Below, in pieces: positions 27,275 to 36,296 of a DNA stretch of 64,000 nt. The notes below the pieces were generated by a model. It saw only the letters and a list, made by a program, of their open reading frames with translations. It did no database searches and was not told the origin of the DNA. The DNA comes from an uncultured Bacteroidales bacterium (GTDB lineage Bacteria; Bacteroidota; Bacteroidia; Bacteroidales; UBA10428). Both the position numbers and the translations under genes were made by a program. Positions within the stretch are counted from its first letter, which is position 1, and every line of letters begins with the position of its first letter. The stretch lies in contig CAVPIY010000005.1 of assembly GCA_963705125.1 (NCBI GenBank), forward strand, positions 20,793 through 84,792, in the 5' to 3' direction.

Positions 27275-28579
27275 TTGGTGATTGGTTCCAATTTTAGTAA
27301 TATAACCTATTTATTAGTACCCCACATGAAAAATGAAGTCCTTGCCCTTTATGGAGGGCCCAAAACCATTGATAAGGAATTCCCCTGGCCGGTTTTTGAC
27401 CAGGCTGAAGTAGATGCTGTTGCCGGAGTTGTTCAATCGGGTGCCTGGGCAAACCCGAACTGCGACGGGCCGGTGGCTGAATTTGAAAAGGAGTTTGCCG
27501 CCTTCTGCGGAGCCAGCTACGCCATCGCCTGCGTCAATGGTTCTGTTGCTTTAAGGCTATCGCTAATGGCATGTGGCGTAAGGCCGGGCGATGAGGTGAT
27601 CATTCCCCCCTATACGTTCATTGCCACGGCATCCATTGTGGCGGAAGCGAATTGTGTTCCGGTTTTTGCTGATATTGAGCCCGATACTTACAACCTCGAC
27701 CCATCTGCCGTGGAAAAGGCGATTACCCCGCGAACACGGGCCATCATCCCGGTTCATTTTGCCGGCCAGGCCTGTAATATGGATGCCATTTCGGAAATAG
27801 CAAAAAGGTACGGGCTAAAGGTGATTGAGGATGCCTGCCATGGGCACGGCGGTGAATACAAGGGAAGGAAGCTGGGAAGCATTGGCGATGCCGGGTGTTT
27901 CAGCTTTCAATCTTCCAAGAATCTTACAAGTGGTGAGGGAGGGATTGTGATCACCAGCGATGAAAAAATAGCAAACATGGTGGATTCCCTACGAAATGTG
28001 GGTCGCGTAAAAGGAGGCCAATGGTATGAGCACCATTTCCTGGGATGCAATTATCGGATAACCCAGCTTCAGACTGTGCTATTGTCACATCAGCTGAAGC
28101 GCCTGGATGAGCAGACCCGCAGGCGGAATGAGAATGGCTTGTATCTGAACACCCTGCTTGAAAAAATACCCGGCATCAGACCCATGACGAGAGGGCATGG
28201 CGAAACCATGCATACTTACCATCTTTATATCTTCCGGTATGACAAATCGTATTTCGGCAATCTGCCGAAAAAGGAGTTTGCTGGCATGCTGGCTGCGGAA
28301 GGGGTGCCTTCGTTTATGGGATATCCTGAACCACTTTATAAACAGCCTGTATTCCAACAGAAGAATTTTATGTGCTATGCAATTCCTGAATACGTGGACT
28401 ATGCCGGGGTTTGTTGTCCGGTTACCGAAAAGGCCTGCTATGAAGAAGCGGTCTGGATCATGCAGCATGCCATGCTGGGGACCAGGGAGGATATGGAAAA
28501 ATTCGCTGCAGCCATCCTAAAGATACAACGGGTCGTGACCAGTAATAATCAAATACATGGCATGCCGGTTGGCCGGTGA
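27275..28579 (+). CDS. DegT/DnrJ/EryC1/StrS-family PLP-dependent aminotransferase
   Basis: 434-aa ORF. CVNGSVALRL, DEVIIPPYTFIATA and FSFQSSKNLTSGEGG (PLP-lysine context) are present. The probable start is MKNEVL at 27326. Confidence 0.85.
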   Translation: MVIGSNFSNITYLLVPHMKNEVLALYGGPKTIDKEFPWPVFDQAEVDAVAGVVQSGAWANPNCDGPVAEFEKEFAAFCGASYAIACVNGSVALRLSLMACGVRPGDEVIIPPYTFIATASIVAEANCVPVFADIEPDTYNLDPSAVEKAITPRTRAIIPVHFAGQACNMDAISEIAKRYGLKVIEDACHGHGGEYKGRKLGSIGDAGCFSFQSSKNLTSGEGGIVITSDEKIANMVDSLRNVGRVKGGQWYEHHFLGCNYRITQLQTVLLSHQLKRLDEQTRRRNENGLYLNTLLEKIPGIRPMTRGHGETMHTYHLYIFRYDKSYFGNLPKKEFAGMLAAEGVPSFMGYPEPLYKQPVFQQKNFMCYAIPEYVDYAGVCCPVTEKACYEEAVWIMQHAMLGTREDMEKFAAAILKIQRVVTSNNQIHGMPVGR

Positions 28580-28681
28580 TGTAGTATGAGACCGGCAGTA
28601 TACTGAGGTAGCAGAACCCGGATTTGCTTAAACAAGTCAGAATGATTTTTGACTTGATGTCCGGATCAGACGGATTTTGAC

Positions 28682-30907
28682 GTGCCTAATAAGAAAACAA
28701 TGAATACCATGAAAAAATCAAACCTTCTGCTGTTGATTTTGGTGCCGGTTCTTATTTCCTGTTCCGGCAGGAATGTTACGCATTATGTCGATCCCAATAT
28801 CGGCGGTGTTGCCCCGCTACTGACCACAAAAAATCCCACGGTCCACCGGCCGAATAGCATGGTGCGGGTTTTTCCGGTCACCAAGCCCGGCCTGAACGAC
28901 CGCTACCTGAGCGACCGGATCTACGGATTTGCCCTGAATATGCCTGCCTACCGGATGGGACATGTTACAGAGCTGATGCCCCTCAGTGGTAAATTAGCAG
29001 TCGACCGGGATGTATATGCCTCGCTGTATGATCACGACCTGGAAGAGGTCCATCCCTGGTATCATAAGGTGTTACTGGAGGATTCCAATATAGAAGCTGA
29101 ATGGACAACCACGGAACGTACTGTATTGTACCGCTTTACATTTAGCAATCCGGATACCGGCTACATCCTCTTCCGCTCCGGCAGGAAAGCCAGATTTGAA
29201 ATTAAGGGAGGGGCAATTCTGGGATGGGAGGAATTCGGTAAGGCCCGGCAGTATTTTTATGCCGAATTCAGCCAGCGCTTTGATACATCGGGATCCTTCG
29301 GCTCGGGTGACGAAAAAGGAATATATATCAGATTCGATAAGCCTGCAAAGCCCGTTGAAGTGCGGGCAGGCCTTTCTTTTATCGATGAAGACCAGGCTGC
29401 CCGGAATTTAAAAAAGGAGGCAGGCAGCAAAAGCTTCGAAGCCATCCGGGATGAGAGCCACAAGATCTGGACTGATGCACTGGGCAGGATCAGGGTGTCA
29501 GGCGGTATCGAACGGCAAAAAAGGATCTTTTATACTTCACTTTACCGCTGCATGGAACGGATGGTCAAAATATCGGAAGACGGCCACTATTTCAGCGCCT
29601 ATGACGGACAGGTACATGATGATGAAGGACGTCCCTTTTTCGCAGATGACTGGCTCTGGGATACCTACCGCTCCCTTCACCCGCTGATGCTGATTCTTGA
29701 TCCTGCCAAACAGGCGGACATGATCGAATCATATGTCCGCATGTATGAACAAAGCGGCTGGGTGCCCGGATTCCCTCAGGTCAACGGTGATTTCCCGGCC
29801 ATGATCGGGTTTCATTCGGCAGCCCTGGTGTGGGATACCTGGCAAAAGAACGTTCGGAATTTTTCGGTCGGAAAGGCATATGAGGGATTGAAAAAGAATG
29901 CCATGGAGGCTACCATGCTGCCCTGGCGAACCGGTCCCAAGTGTTCGCTCGACAGTTTTTATCACACCCATGGCTGGTATCCGGCGCTTCCGGAAGACAG
30001 CACGGAAACAGTACCGCTGGTGGATGGTTTTGAAAAGCGTCAAGCTGTTGCAGTTACGCTGGAACACAGTTATGACGACTGGTGTCTGGCCCAGATTGCC
30101 AAAGCCCTTGGTAAAGAAGCTGATTATGAATATTTCACGAAACGGTCCCGGAATTATCGCAACGTTTTTAATCCGGCAACCGGTTTTATGGCCCCCAAAA
30201 TGGCGGATGGCAGATGGGTGGAGCCCTTCGATCCGCAATTGTCGGGCGGTGTGGGAAGTCGCATGTATTTTGCCGAAAACAATGCATGGACCTGGAATTT
30301 CAGTGTGCAGCATGATATCCCCGGCCTGATTGAACTGCTGGGAGGGAAGGATGCTTTTGTAAAAAGGCTGGATGACCTGTTCAATGAACCTACCCGGATA
30401 TCGAAATGGCAGTTCATGGGACAGTTCCCGGATGCAACCGGACTGAACGGCATGTTTGTCGCGGGGAACGAACCTTCCTTTCATATACCCTACCTGTATA
30501 ACTATGCCGGACAGCCCTGGAGAACACAACGCCGGATCCGGGAGATCATGGATATGTGGTTTGACGACCGTCCGCCAGGCATTCCCGGTGATGAGGATGG
30601 CGGCGGCCTTTGCTCGTGGTATGTATTCTCTGCCATGGGTTTCTTCCCGGTCACTCCCGGAAGCGGTGAATATGCCATTGGCAGTCCTTTGTTCGAATCG
30701 GTGAAAATTCAGCTGCCCAATGGTAAAACTTTTTCCGTTATCGCCCGGAATTGTTCACGGAAGAATAAATACATCCAATCGGCCCGGCTCAATGGACAGC
30801 TCCTGAACAAACCTTTTGTCAGACATTCAGATATCGTTCAGGGCGGGAAACTGGTCCTGGTGATGGGCGAAAGGCCGAATAAGGAATGGGGTATTAATCC
30901 TGAATAA
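28682..30907 (+). CDS. Glycoside hydrolase family 92 (alpha-mannosidase-like) lipoprotein
   Basis: 741-aa ORF with a lipoprotein-type leader (LLLILVPVLISCSG) and GH92 signatures (NEPSFHIPYLYNY, GDEDGGGLCSWYVFSAMGFFPVTPG). Confidence 0.9.
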   Translation: MPNKKTMNTMKKSNLLLLILVPVLISCSGRNVTHYVDPNIGGVAPLLTTKNPTVHRPNSMVRVFPVTKPGLNDRYLSDRIYGFALNMPAYRMGHVTELMPLSGKLAVDRDVYASLYDHDLEEVHPWYHKVLLEDSNIEAEWTTTERTVLYRFTFSNPDTGYILFRSGRKARFEIKGGAILGWEEFGKARQYFYAEFSQRFDTSGSFGSGDEKGIYIRFDKPAKPVEVRAGLSFIDEDQAARNLKKEAGSKSFEAIRDESHKIWTDALGRIRVSGGIERQKRIFYTSLYRCMERMVKISEDGHYFSAYDGQVHDDEGRPFFADDWLWDTYRSLHPLMLILDPAKQADMIESYVRMYEQSGWVPGFPQVNGDFPAMIGFHSAALVWDTWQKNVRNFSVGKAYEGLKKNAMEATMLPWRTGPKCSLDSFYHTHGWYPALPEDSTETVPLVDGFEKRQAVAVTLEHSYDDWCLAQIAKALGKEADYEYFTKRSRNYRNVFNPATGFMAPKMADGRWVEPFDPQLSGGVGSRMYFAENNAWTWNFSVQHDIPGLIELLGGKDAFVKRLDDLFNEPTRISKWQFMGQFPDATGLNGMFVAGNEPSFHIPYLYNYAGQPWRTQRRIREIMDMWFDDRPPGIPGDEDGGGLCSWYVFSAMGFFPVTPGSGEYAIGSPLFESVKIQLPNGKTFSVIARNCSRKNKYIQSARLNGQLLNKPFVRHSDIVQGGKLVLVMGERPNKEWGINPE

Positions 30908-30959
30908 AACATCAATTACACCACATAAAAGAAATAATAGGCAGGATATGTTGGTTCGC

Positions 30960-30984
30960 CTGTATGATCTTCCCGATCATACAG
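30960..30984. terminator. 10-bp perfect stem, 5-nt loop hairpin between convergent genes (candidate bidirectional terminator)
   Basis: Read directly: ctgtatgatc ttccc gatcatacag. It lies 53 nt after the GH92 stop and 10 nt beyond the abiEii stop. Confidence 0.5.
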
Positions 30985-30993
30985 CGCTTGTCG

Positions 30994-31779
30994 TTAATTC
31001 ATTTCCTGAATAAATTCTCCAATAGAGAGAATACGCTTACTGTTTGCTTTATTAAAAAGCAAATGCTCAAAATCTTTCATCTTCTTATTCAAATCTACCG
31101 ATTTCAACATTCCGGCAGTTACAGCTTTGAGTTCCTCCAGGTTATGAATGCCGCGCTGTAACGACAAAAAGTCATAGTCAGGTTTTGTAAATGCCAGCAG
31201 AAACATAGCATCATAAAAATCACGGCCTTTCTGTCGCGAAATCATGGCCGATAGTTTCATCGCACATATAGCTTCATCTGTTGGTACAGGAAAAGAGAAA
31301 TAGAATCCACAACCTTTGATATTGACCATTGCTTGTTTGTAAATAATTTGTTGATCCTGACCTTCGATTTTAATCAAAAAACGTTCTTCTTTATGTCCTG
31401 ATAATCCTAAATCAAAAAGGAGTTCAGGAAAATGAATATTTCTCCGGTACGCTTGTAACCTTTCATTTTCCCTGTCTCTTATTTCAACATGCATTCCATT
31501 CCGATGCAAAAACTGTAAAATAGCATCCGTCATCTCCATAAATTCATCTTTCGATAAAGCTTTACAATCAAAGTCCAAATCTTCTGAAAACCTGTCAATA
31601 CCCTTTACCAGCCGAAGGTTAGTTCCACCAATAAAAGTAATTTTTCGAATGTAAGGAGTTGTTGACAAAAAATCGAGAATAAGCAATTGCAAATACTCCT
31701 TTAGCATGAATTTCTGATACAATGCATTATCTCTCCATCTTTCAGGAAAATAGTTCTTTATGATTTCTAATTGTATCAT
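30994..31779 (-). CDS. abiEii: AbiEii/AbiGii-family nucleotidyltransferase toxin (type IV TA / abortive infection)
   Basis: 261-aa ORF with an NTase-fold N-terminus (FIGGTNLRLVKGIDRFSEDLDFD) typical of AbiEii. Its ATG overlaps the upstream gene's stop by 4 nt (ATGA). Confidence 0.8.
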   Translation of the reverse strand: MIQLEIIKNYFPERWRDNALYQKFMLKEYLQLLILDFLSTTPYIRKITFIGGTNLRLVKGIDRFSEDLDFDCKALSKDEFMEMTDAILQFLHRNGMHVEIRDRENERLQAYRRNIHFPELLFDLGLSGHKEERFLIKIEGQDQQIIYKQAMVNIKGCGFYFSFPVPTDEAICAMKLSAMISRQKGRDFYDAMFLLAFTKPDYDFLSLQRGIHNLEELKAVTAGMLKSVDLNKKMKDFEHLLFNKANSKRILSIGEFIQEMN

Positions 31780-32393
31780 AATTTATAGCTTTTTTTCAGG
31801 CTATCTAATCTTTTTCTCAGTGCATTGTTTTTAAATAAAAGAGCATAAGCCTCCATTTGATTAAGGTCAAAATTGTCTTTCATAAAATCTTCATCCAAAC
31901 GTAGCTCTTCCAATTCCTTTTCAGTATTATAGAAGGGAAAGAGATAGAGCAAATCAAGGAGTGCTTTTTCAGGCCTTGCAAGTTGCACTGTTCTTCCATT
32001 CGCAATGGGTTTGAGGTCATAGCCGAACATCAGGTCCTCACGTACACTTTTATAAGAAAACACTCCAAAATCGTTATTAAAGCTGGTTGTTTTCAGTGAG
32101 CAGACGCTAGTTATTTGCAACACAGCTTCCGGTATCATTCCATAAAATGCCAGGGCGGTTTGCAGACTAACATAGGATGGCCGATAGATACGATTGGCAA
32201 AATACAGGGCCAAATCGGGATTGCTCTTGTATTCGGGAAAAGTATAATAACCTTGTCTAAGTCGCACCAGCAAACCCTTCTGTGTCCATCGCACAAAATT
32301 GTTCCTATCGAAATTTGGTTGCCAGGCATACACTTGATTGATGCTAAAACAAGCTAAATCGAACATTTTATTTCTAAATTCTAAATAATTCAT
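31776..32393 (-). CDS. abiEi: AbiEi-family antitoxin / transcriptional regulator
   Basis: 205-aa ORF. The N-terminal winged-helix-like segment is FSINQVYAWQPNFDRNNFVRWTQKGLLVRLRQGYYTF, and the C-terminal AbiEi_4-like part is PSYVSLQTALAFYGMIPE. It is translationally coupled to abiEii. Confidence 0.8.
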   Translation of the reverse strand: MNYLEFRNKMFDLACFSINQVYAWQPNFDRNNFVRWTQKGLLVRLRQGYYTFPEYKSNPDLALYFANRIYRPSYVSLQTALAFYGMIPEAVLQITSVCSLKTTSFNNDFGVFSYKSVREDLMFGYDLKPIANGRTVQLARPEKALLDLLYLFPFYNTEKELEELRLDEDFMKDNFDLNQMEAYALLFKNNALRKRLDSLKKSYKL

Positions 32394-32432
32394 GATGCAT
32401 CATATTTCTATTATGCATCAAATATAATGCAT
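32392..32432. promoter_or_regulatory. Three ATGCAT palindromic hexamers, the first within a 12-bp perfect palindrome ATGATGCATCAT overlapping the abiEi start codon; candidate AbiEi operator
   Basis: Read directly: catgatgcatcatatttctattatgcatcaaatataatgcattt. The hexamers are at 32395-32400, 32413-32418 and 32427-32432. Confidence 0.35.
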
Positions 32433-32661
32433 TTCAGAAACAAAATGAAAGATAAAGCAAAAAAACTTTAACATAGTTTAAAAGCTCTAAAATCATGAAG
32501 TCCTGACCACATTTAGCCGACAATATTTAAATTAGCAGATATTGGAGATGAATATACATATAACTCTGGCAGGCAATAGTTATTTTGCACCGGCAAAATG
32601 TGGTAAAGAAAGATAACTTTTACATATTGTTTCCTTTTCAGGTTGTATTTCAGCCTTATTT

Positions 32662-32693
32662 GAAGCCCCTCGCAGCAAGCTGCGAGGAGCTTC
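32662..32693. repeat. REP-like hairpin (15-bp arms, one mismatch)
   Basis: Read directly: gaagcccctcgcagc aa gctgcgaggagcttc, in the 523-nt AT-rich intergenic region. Confidence 0.6.
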
Positions 32694-32916
32694 AATTTGT
32701 CTTGATATTGATCATTTCTAGTAAAAACCACCAGATATTTTAATTCTCCCTAAAATTCAAGGTACCCGGGTGTTTTTCCTTCTGTTTTATACATTCTCAT
32801 CCAATGATAGCCTGAATATAGCGTTTTTCCTTAATCTTTTATACTTTTAACTTGTGGCGCAGGTGCTCACCCATTAACTTCCAGTTGATCGGTATAAACA
32901 AAAATGTTTATTACAT

Positions 32917-35900
32917 ATGAAACCAAAACTGCTGCTTGTTTTAATCTCTTTTGGCTCCCTTTGCCATGCCCAGGTGAAACTATCCGTGGAGAAGATCATC
33001 ATTCCAACCTATGAGACCAAGCCTCCGGACAGGGTGCCGCTGTTCTACCGTTCGGAGGAGGTACAGCTCGCTGAAAGGCACATTTATCCCTATCCCTATT
33101 TTGATGTGCAGTCTGCCGGAAAGGTCGACAAGGAGTATACAGCTGTTATCCTGGAAAATGAATTCCTCAGGATTTGCATCACACCCGAATTGGGCGGACG
33201 GATCTACTATGCAATGGATAAGACAAACGGGTATGATATCATTTATTACAATCACGTGATCAAGCCGGCCCTGATCGGCACCCTGGGGGCCTGGACATCG
33301 GGCGGGGTGGAATGGAATACACCGCACCACCACAGGGCAACCAGCCTGCTTCCGGTAGATTTTACCATCGAAGAACATGCCGACGGAAGCAAGACCGTGT
33401 GGGTGGGAGAATATGAAAAAAGGTGCAGGACAAGGTGGCTTGTAGGTCTTACCCTGGAGCCGGGCAGGGCATACGTGAAAAAGGAATTTAGAAGCCTGGA
33501 CGTCACTCCCTTCCAATACCCTGCCTTGTTCTTTGCCAATGTGGCGGTGCAGGTAAACGACAATTATCAGTTTTTTCTCGCACCTGATATTGACATGGTG
33601 AATTTCCACAACATGACGGAATTTGCCCGGTGGCCCGTGCTTAATCAGGTATATCAATCCATGGACTATATTCACGGAGAGGACCTTTCCTGGTGGAATG
33701 CCGCCAGGCAACCCGTTTCCTTTTTTGCCACAAAACCCGGCATGGATTTCATGGGGGGCATCGATCACGGAAAGAATGCCGGCATTGTTCTGACTGGCGA
33801 TCACCGGATCTTCAAGGGACAGAAGATCTGGAACTGGGGGAAGAATGAGGTTCAGCGCGTGTGGGACGAGAAGCTGACAGATACGGACGGACCATATGCT
33901 GAACTTATGATGGGCTTCTATTCCGACAACCAGCCCGATTATAACTTCGTCGCCCCTTTCGAGACCAAATACGGCACCATGTACCTGTATGGGATCAAAG
34001 GTATGAGCGCTCTGAAACAGGCCAACAAAGACTTTGTCGTCAACCTCGATCTGAAAGACCGGAAAGCCCTGATACAGATAAACTCCACTTCCGTTCAGAA
34101 AGAGGTGAAAATAGTCCTTTCCTCAAAGGATAAAGTCATTTTTGAGGAGAAAGTGGAACTATCACCCAAAAATCCCTATCAGAAGACGGTTGATATCAAT
34201 GGTGAAATCCAGGCCGAAGACCTGAGACTGTCCCTATGGGGCCCTGACAATACCGAACTAATCAGCTGGCAGAAAAAACCGGCACTGAACGAGCCCTTCC
34301 CACCGACCTATCAGGATCCGAAGGATCCCGGAGAATACAAAACCAGCCAGGAATTGTTCTTTGCCGGATTAAAGATTGAACAGTTCGGCAATACCCATTT
34401 CGACTATATGAAGTATTATGAAGCAGCGCTTAAGCTCAATCCTGATGATGTGATGACAAATACCCAGATAGGTACCATATACCTGAAAAGGGGTGAATAT
34501 GCCCTGGCTGAAGAACATCTGAAAAGAGCAGTGGCCATCGTAACAGGCAACCATAAGAAAGCACAGGATGCCACTTCGCTCTTCTACCTGGGTCTTTGTT
34601 ACCTGAATCAGGGAAGGACCGATGAAGCACTGGACATGCTCTATCGTTCAACATGGAACTATCAGTGGACCTCGGCCGGATATACCCTGGTTGCCCGGGT
34701 GGAAGGAAGCAGGGGAAACTGGGACAAAGCACTTGATGCCGCCGACAGGGCATGCAAGGCAAATACGCAGAATATTGAGGCACTTCTGGCCAAAGCCATC
34801 GTGCTGCGCCAGCAGGGGGAATATGAACAGGCGTTGAATAAGATAAATGAGGCTCTTGCAGTCGATCCGCTTAGTTTCATAGCCATGAATGAACTGAGGT
34901 TATTAAGCACCCATATTCCTGTCGGCATGAATACCGAAACCTGCCGGGCTTCATTGGTGAATCATCTTCGTACGGAACCTTATAACTATATTGAAACTGC
35001 TACCCGGTACAGCAGTTTCGGCCTTTACGATGAAGCTGCAGAGGTGATGGATTTGGCTGCCGGATCTGCCGAAACTTCACTGAATGCCTATCCCATGGTG
35101 TATTATCACCTGGGGATGTACCAGGCACTATCCGGAAAGCAGGCTAAAGCGGAACAGGCTTTTCAAAAAGCTTCCCGGCTTCCCGTTGATCTTTGCTTCC
35201 CTTATGGTGACGAGTCTGTCAGGGTCCTCAGATATGCGATCGAAATAAATGCAGGAGATGCCACGGCATACTATCTCCTGGGAAATGCCCTGGCCGACAA
35301 TCAGCAGGAAGAAGCACTAAATAACTGGAAAATGGCAGCCCGGCTAAAACCGGACGAAGCGATCATTTACCGGAATATGGCTTACATCCAGGCCAACCAC
35401 CAGCGCAACATGACGGATGCACTTACCAATATTATGAAGGCCGTTACCCTGAACCCTTTAGAACCACGCTATTTCGCAGAGGCCAATCTGTATATGTCCT
35501 ATGAAAGCTTCACCCCGCAGCAGTTATCGGAATTTCTTGCCCGATATAACAAAATTGCAAAAGACATGACTGATTTTCAGCTGATGACGGTTAAGCTGAA
35601 CAATTACAACGTCCGGTATGACAAGTCCATTGAACTGCTGAAGAAAATGAATTACCATATCATGGAGGGTGCATCGTTCAATCCGCATGTGTACTGGTTT
35701 GATGCCTGGCTTCAAACTGGCATACAGCAGATGAAAAGAAAAAAATACAAAGAGGCGGAACAGAGCTTCATGAAAGCTATGGAGTTCCCTGCCAACCTGG
35801 AAGCCGAGCGTGACGCAAAGATCGGCATTGCCTGGTATTACCTGGGAATGAACAGCAGACTTTCCAACAATCCCCAACAGGCGGAAAACTATTTTACCAA

Positions 35901-36267
35901 AATGACGGATTATACCTTCAGTAAGGGATGGGGAGCCGGTGATTTCCCCGAGCTCGATTATTATAAAGCGCTGGCCTCCCTTGAACTGGGTGGGGATAGA
36001 GCCACCGCTGAGGAAATGTTCCGGAAACTGATCACGGAAGGGGAAAACCGGTTGGCCAACCTGGCAGATGAATCCCATTCAGCCAGGATCTACCTCCTGG
36101 AGGATGATCTGGGCCGGAAAAGCAGGCGGGTATCTTCCTTTTACATACAGGGTCTGGGGTATCTGGGCCTGGGCGACAGTGACAAGGCTCGCCAGTATTT
36201 TGAAAAGGCCCTGGAGGTTGATCCGCTCGGCATAGACCCGAAACTGATGCTTGAGTCAATTCAATAA
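32917..36267 (+). CDS. DUF5107-domain protein with C-terminal TPR repeats
   Basis: 1116-aa ORF with a signal peptide. The N-terminal segment (EKIIIPTYETKPPDRVPLFY...YPYPYFD) is typical of DUF5107. Multiple TPR-like repeats follow in the C-terminal 600 aa. Confidence 0.7.
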   Translation: MKPKLLLVLISFGSLCHAQVKLSVEKIIIPTYETKPPDRVPLFYRSEEVQLAERHIYPYPYFDVQSAGKVDKEYTAVILENEFLRICITPELGGRIYYAMDKTNGYDIIYYNHVIKPALIGTLGAWTSGGVEWNTPHHHRATSLLPVDFTIEEHADGSKTVWVGEYEKRCRTRWLVGLTLEPGRAYVKKEFRSLDVTPFQYPALFFANVAVQVNDNYQFFLAPDIDMVNFHNMTEFARWPVLNQVYQSMDYIHGEDLSWWNAARQPVSFFATKPGMDFMGGIDHGKNAGIVLTGDHRIFKGQKIWNWGKNEVQRVWDEKLTDTDGPYAELMMGFYSDNQPDYNFVAPFETKYGTMYLYGIKGMSALKQANKDFVVNLDLKDRKALIQINSTSVQKEVKIVLSSKDKVIFEEKVELSPKNPYQKTVDINGEIQAEDLRLSLWGPDNTELISWQKKPALNEPFPPTYQDPKDPGEYKTSQELFFAGLKIEQFGNTHFDYMKYYEAALKLNPDDVMTNTQIGTIYLKRGEYALAEEHLKRAVAIVTGNHKKAQDATSLFYLGLCYLNQGRTDEALDMLYRSTWNYQWTSAGYTLVARVEGSRGNWDKALDAADRACKANTQNIEALLAKAIVLRQQGEYEQALNKINEALAVDPLSFIAMNELRLLSTHIPVGMNTETCRASLVNHLRTEPYNYIETATRYSSFGLYDEAAEVMDLAAGSAETSLNAYPMVYYHLGMYQALSGKQAKAEQAFQKASRLPVDLCFPYGDESVRVLRYAIEINAGDATAYYLLGNALADNQQEEALNNWKMAARLKPDEAIIYRNMAYIQANHQRNMTDALTNIMKAVTLNPLEPRYFAEANLYMSYESFTPQQLSEFLARYNKIAKDMTDFQLMTVKLNNYNVRYDKSIELLKKMNYHIMEGASFNPHVYWFDAWLQTGIQQMKRKKYKEAEQSFMKAMEFPANLEAERDAKIGIAWYYLGMNSRLSNNPQQAENYFTKMTDYTFSKGWGAGDFPELDYYKALASLELGGDRATAEEMFRKLITEGENRLANLADESHSARIYLLEDDLGRKSRRVSSFYIQGLGYLGLGDSDKARQYFEKALEVDPLGIDPKLMLESIQ

Positions 36268-36296
36268 CACCCGTAATCAAATATCGGCTGACAAAC

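Noticed and set aside
32513-32731. 72-aa ORF in the AT-rich spacer downstream of the AbiE islet.
   Set aside because: It has no ribosome-binding context or motif. It spans the REP-like hairpin (LLAACCEGLQ is the hairpin translated) and is most likely spurious.
30950-32916. Calling the AbiE islet a mobile element such as an integrative element or transposon.
   Set aside because: There is no integrase, transposase, tRNA target or flanking direct repeats that I could find. Only the compositional contrast and the hairpins support a foreign origin, so it is reported as a low-GC islet only.
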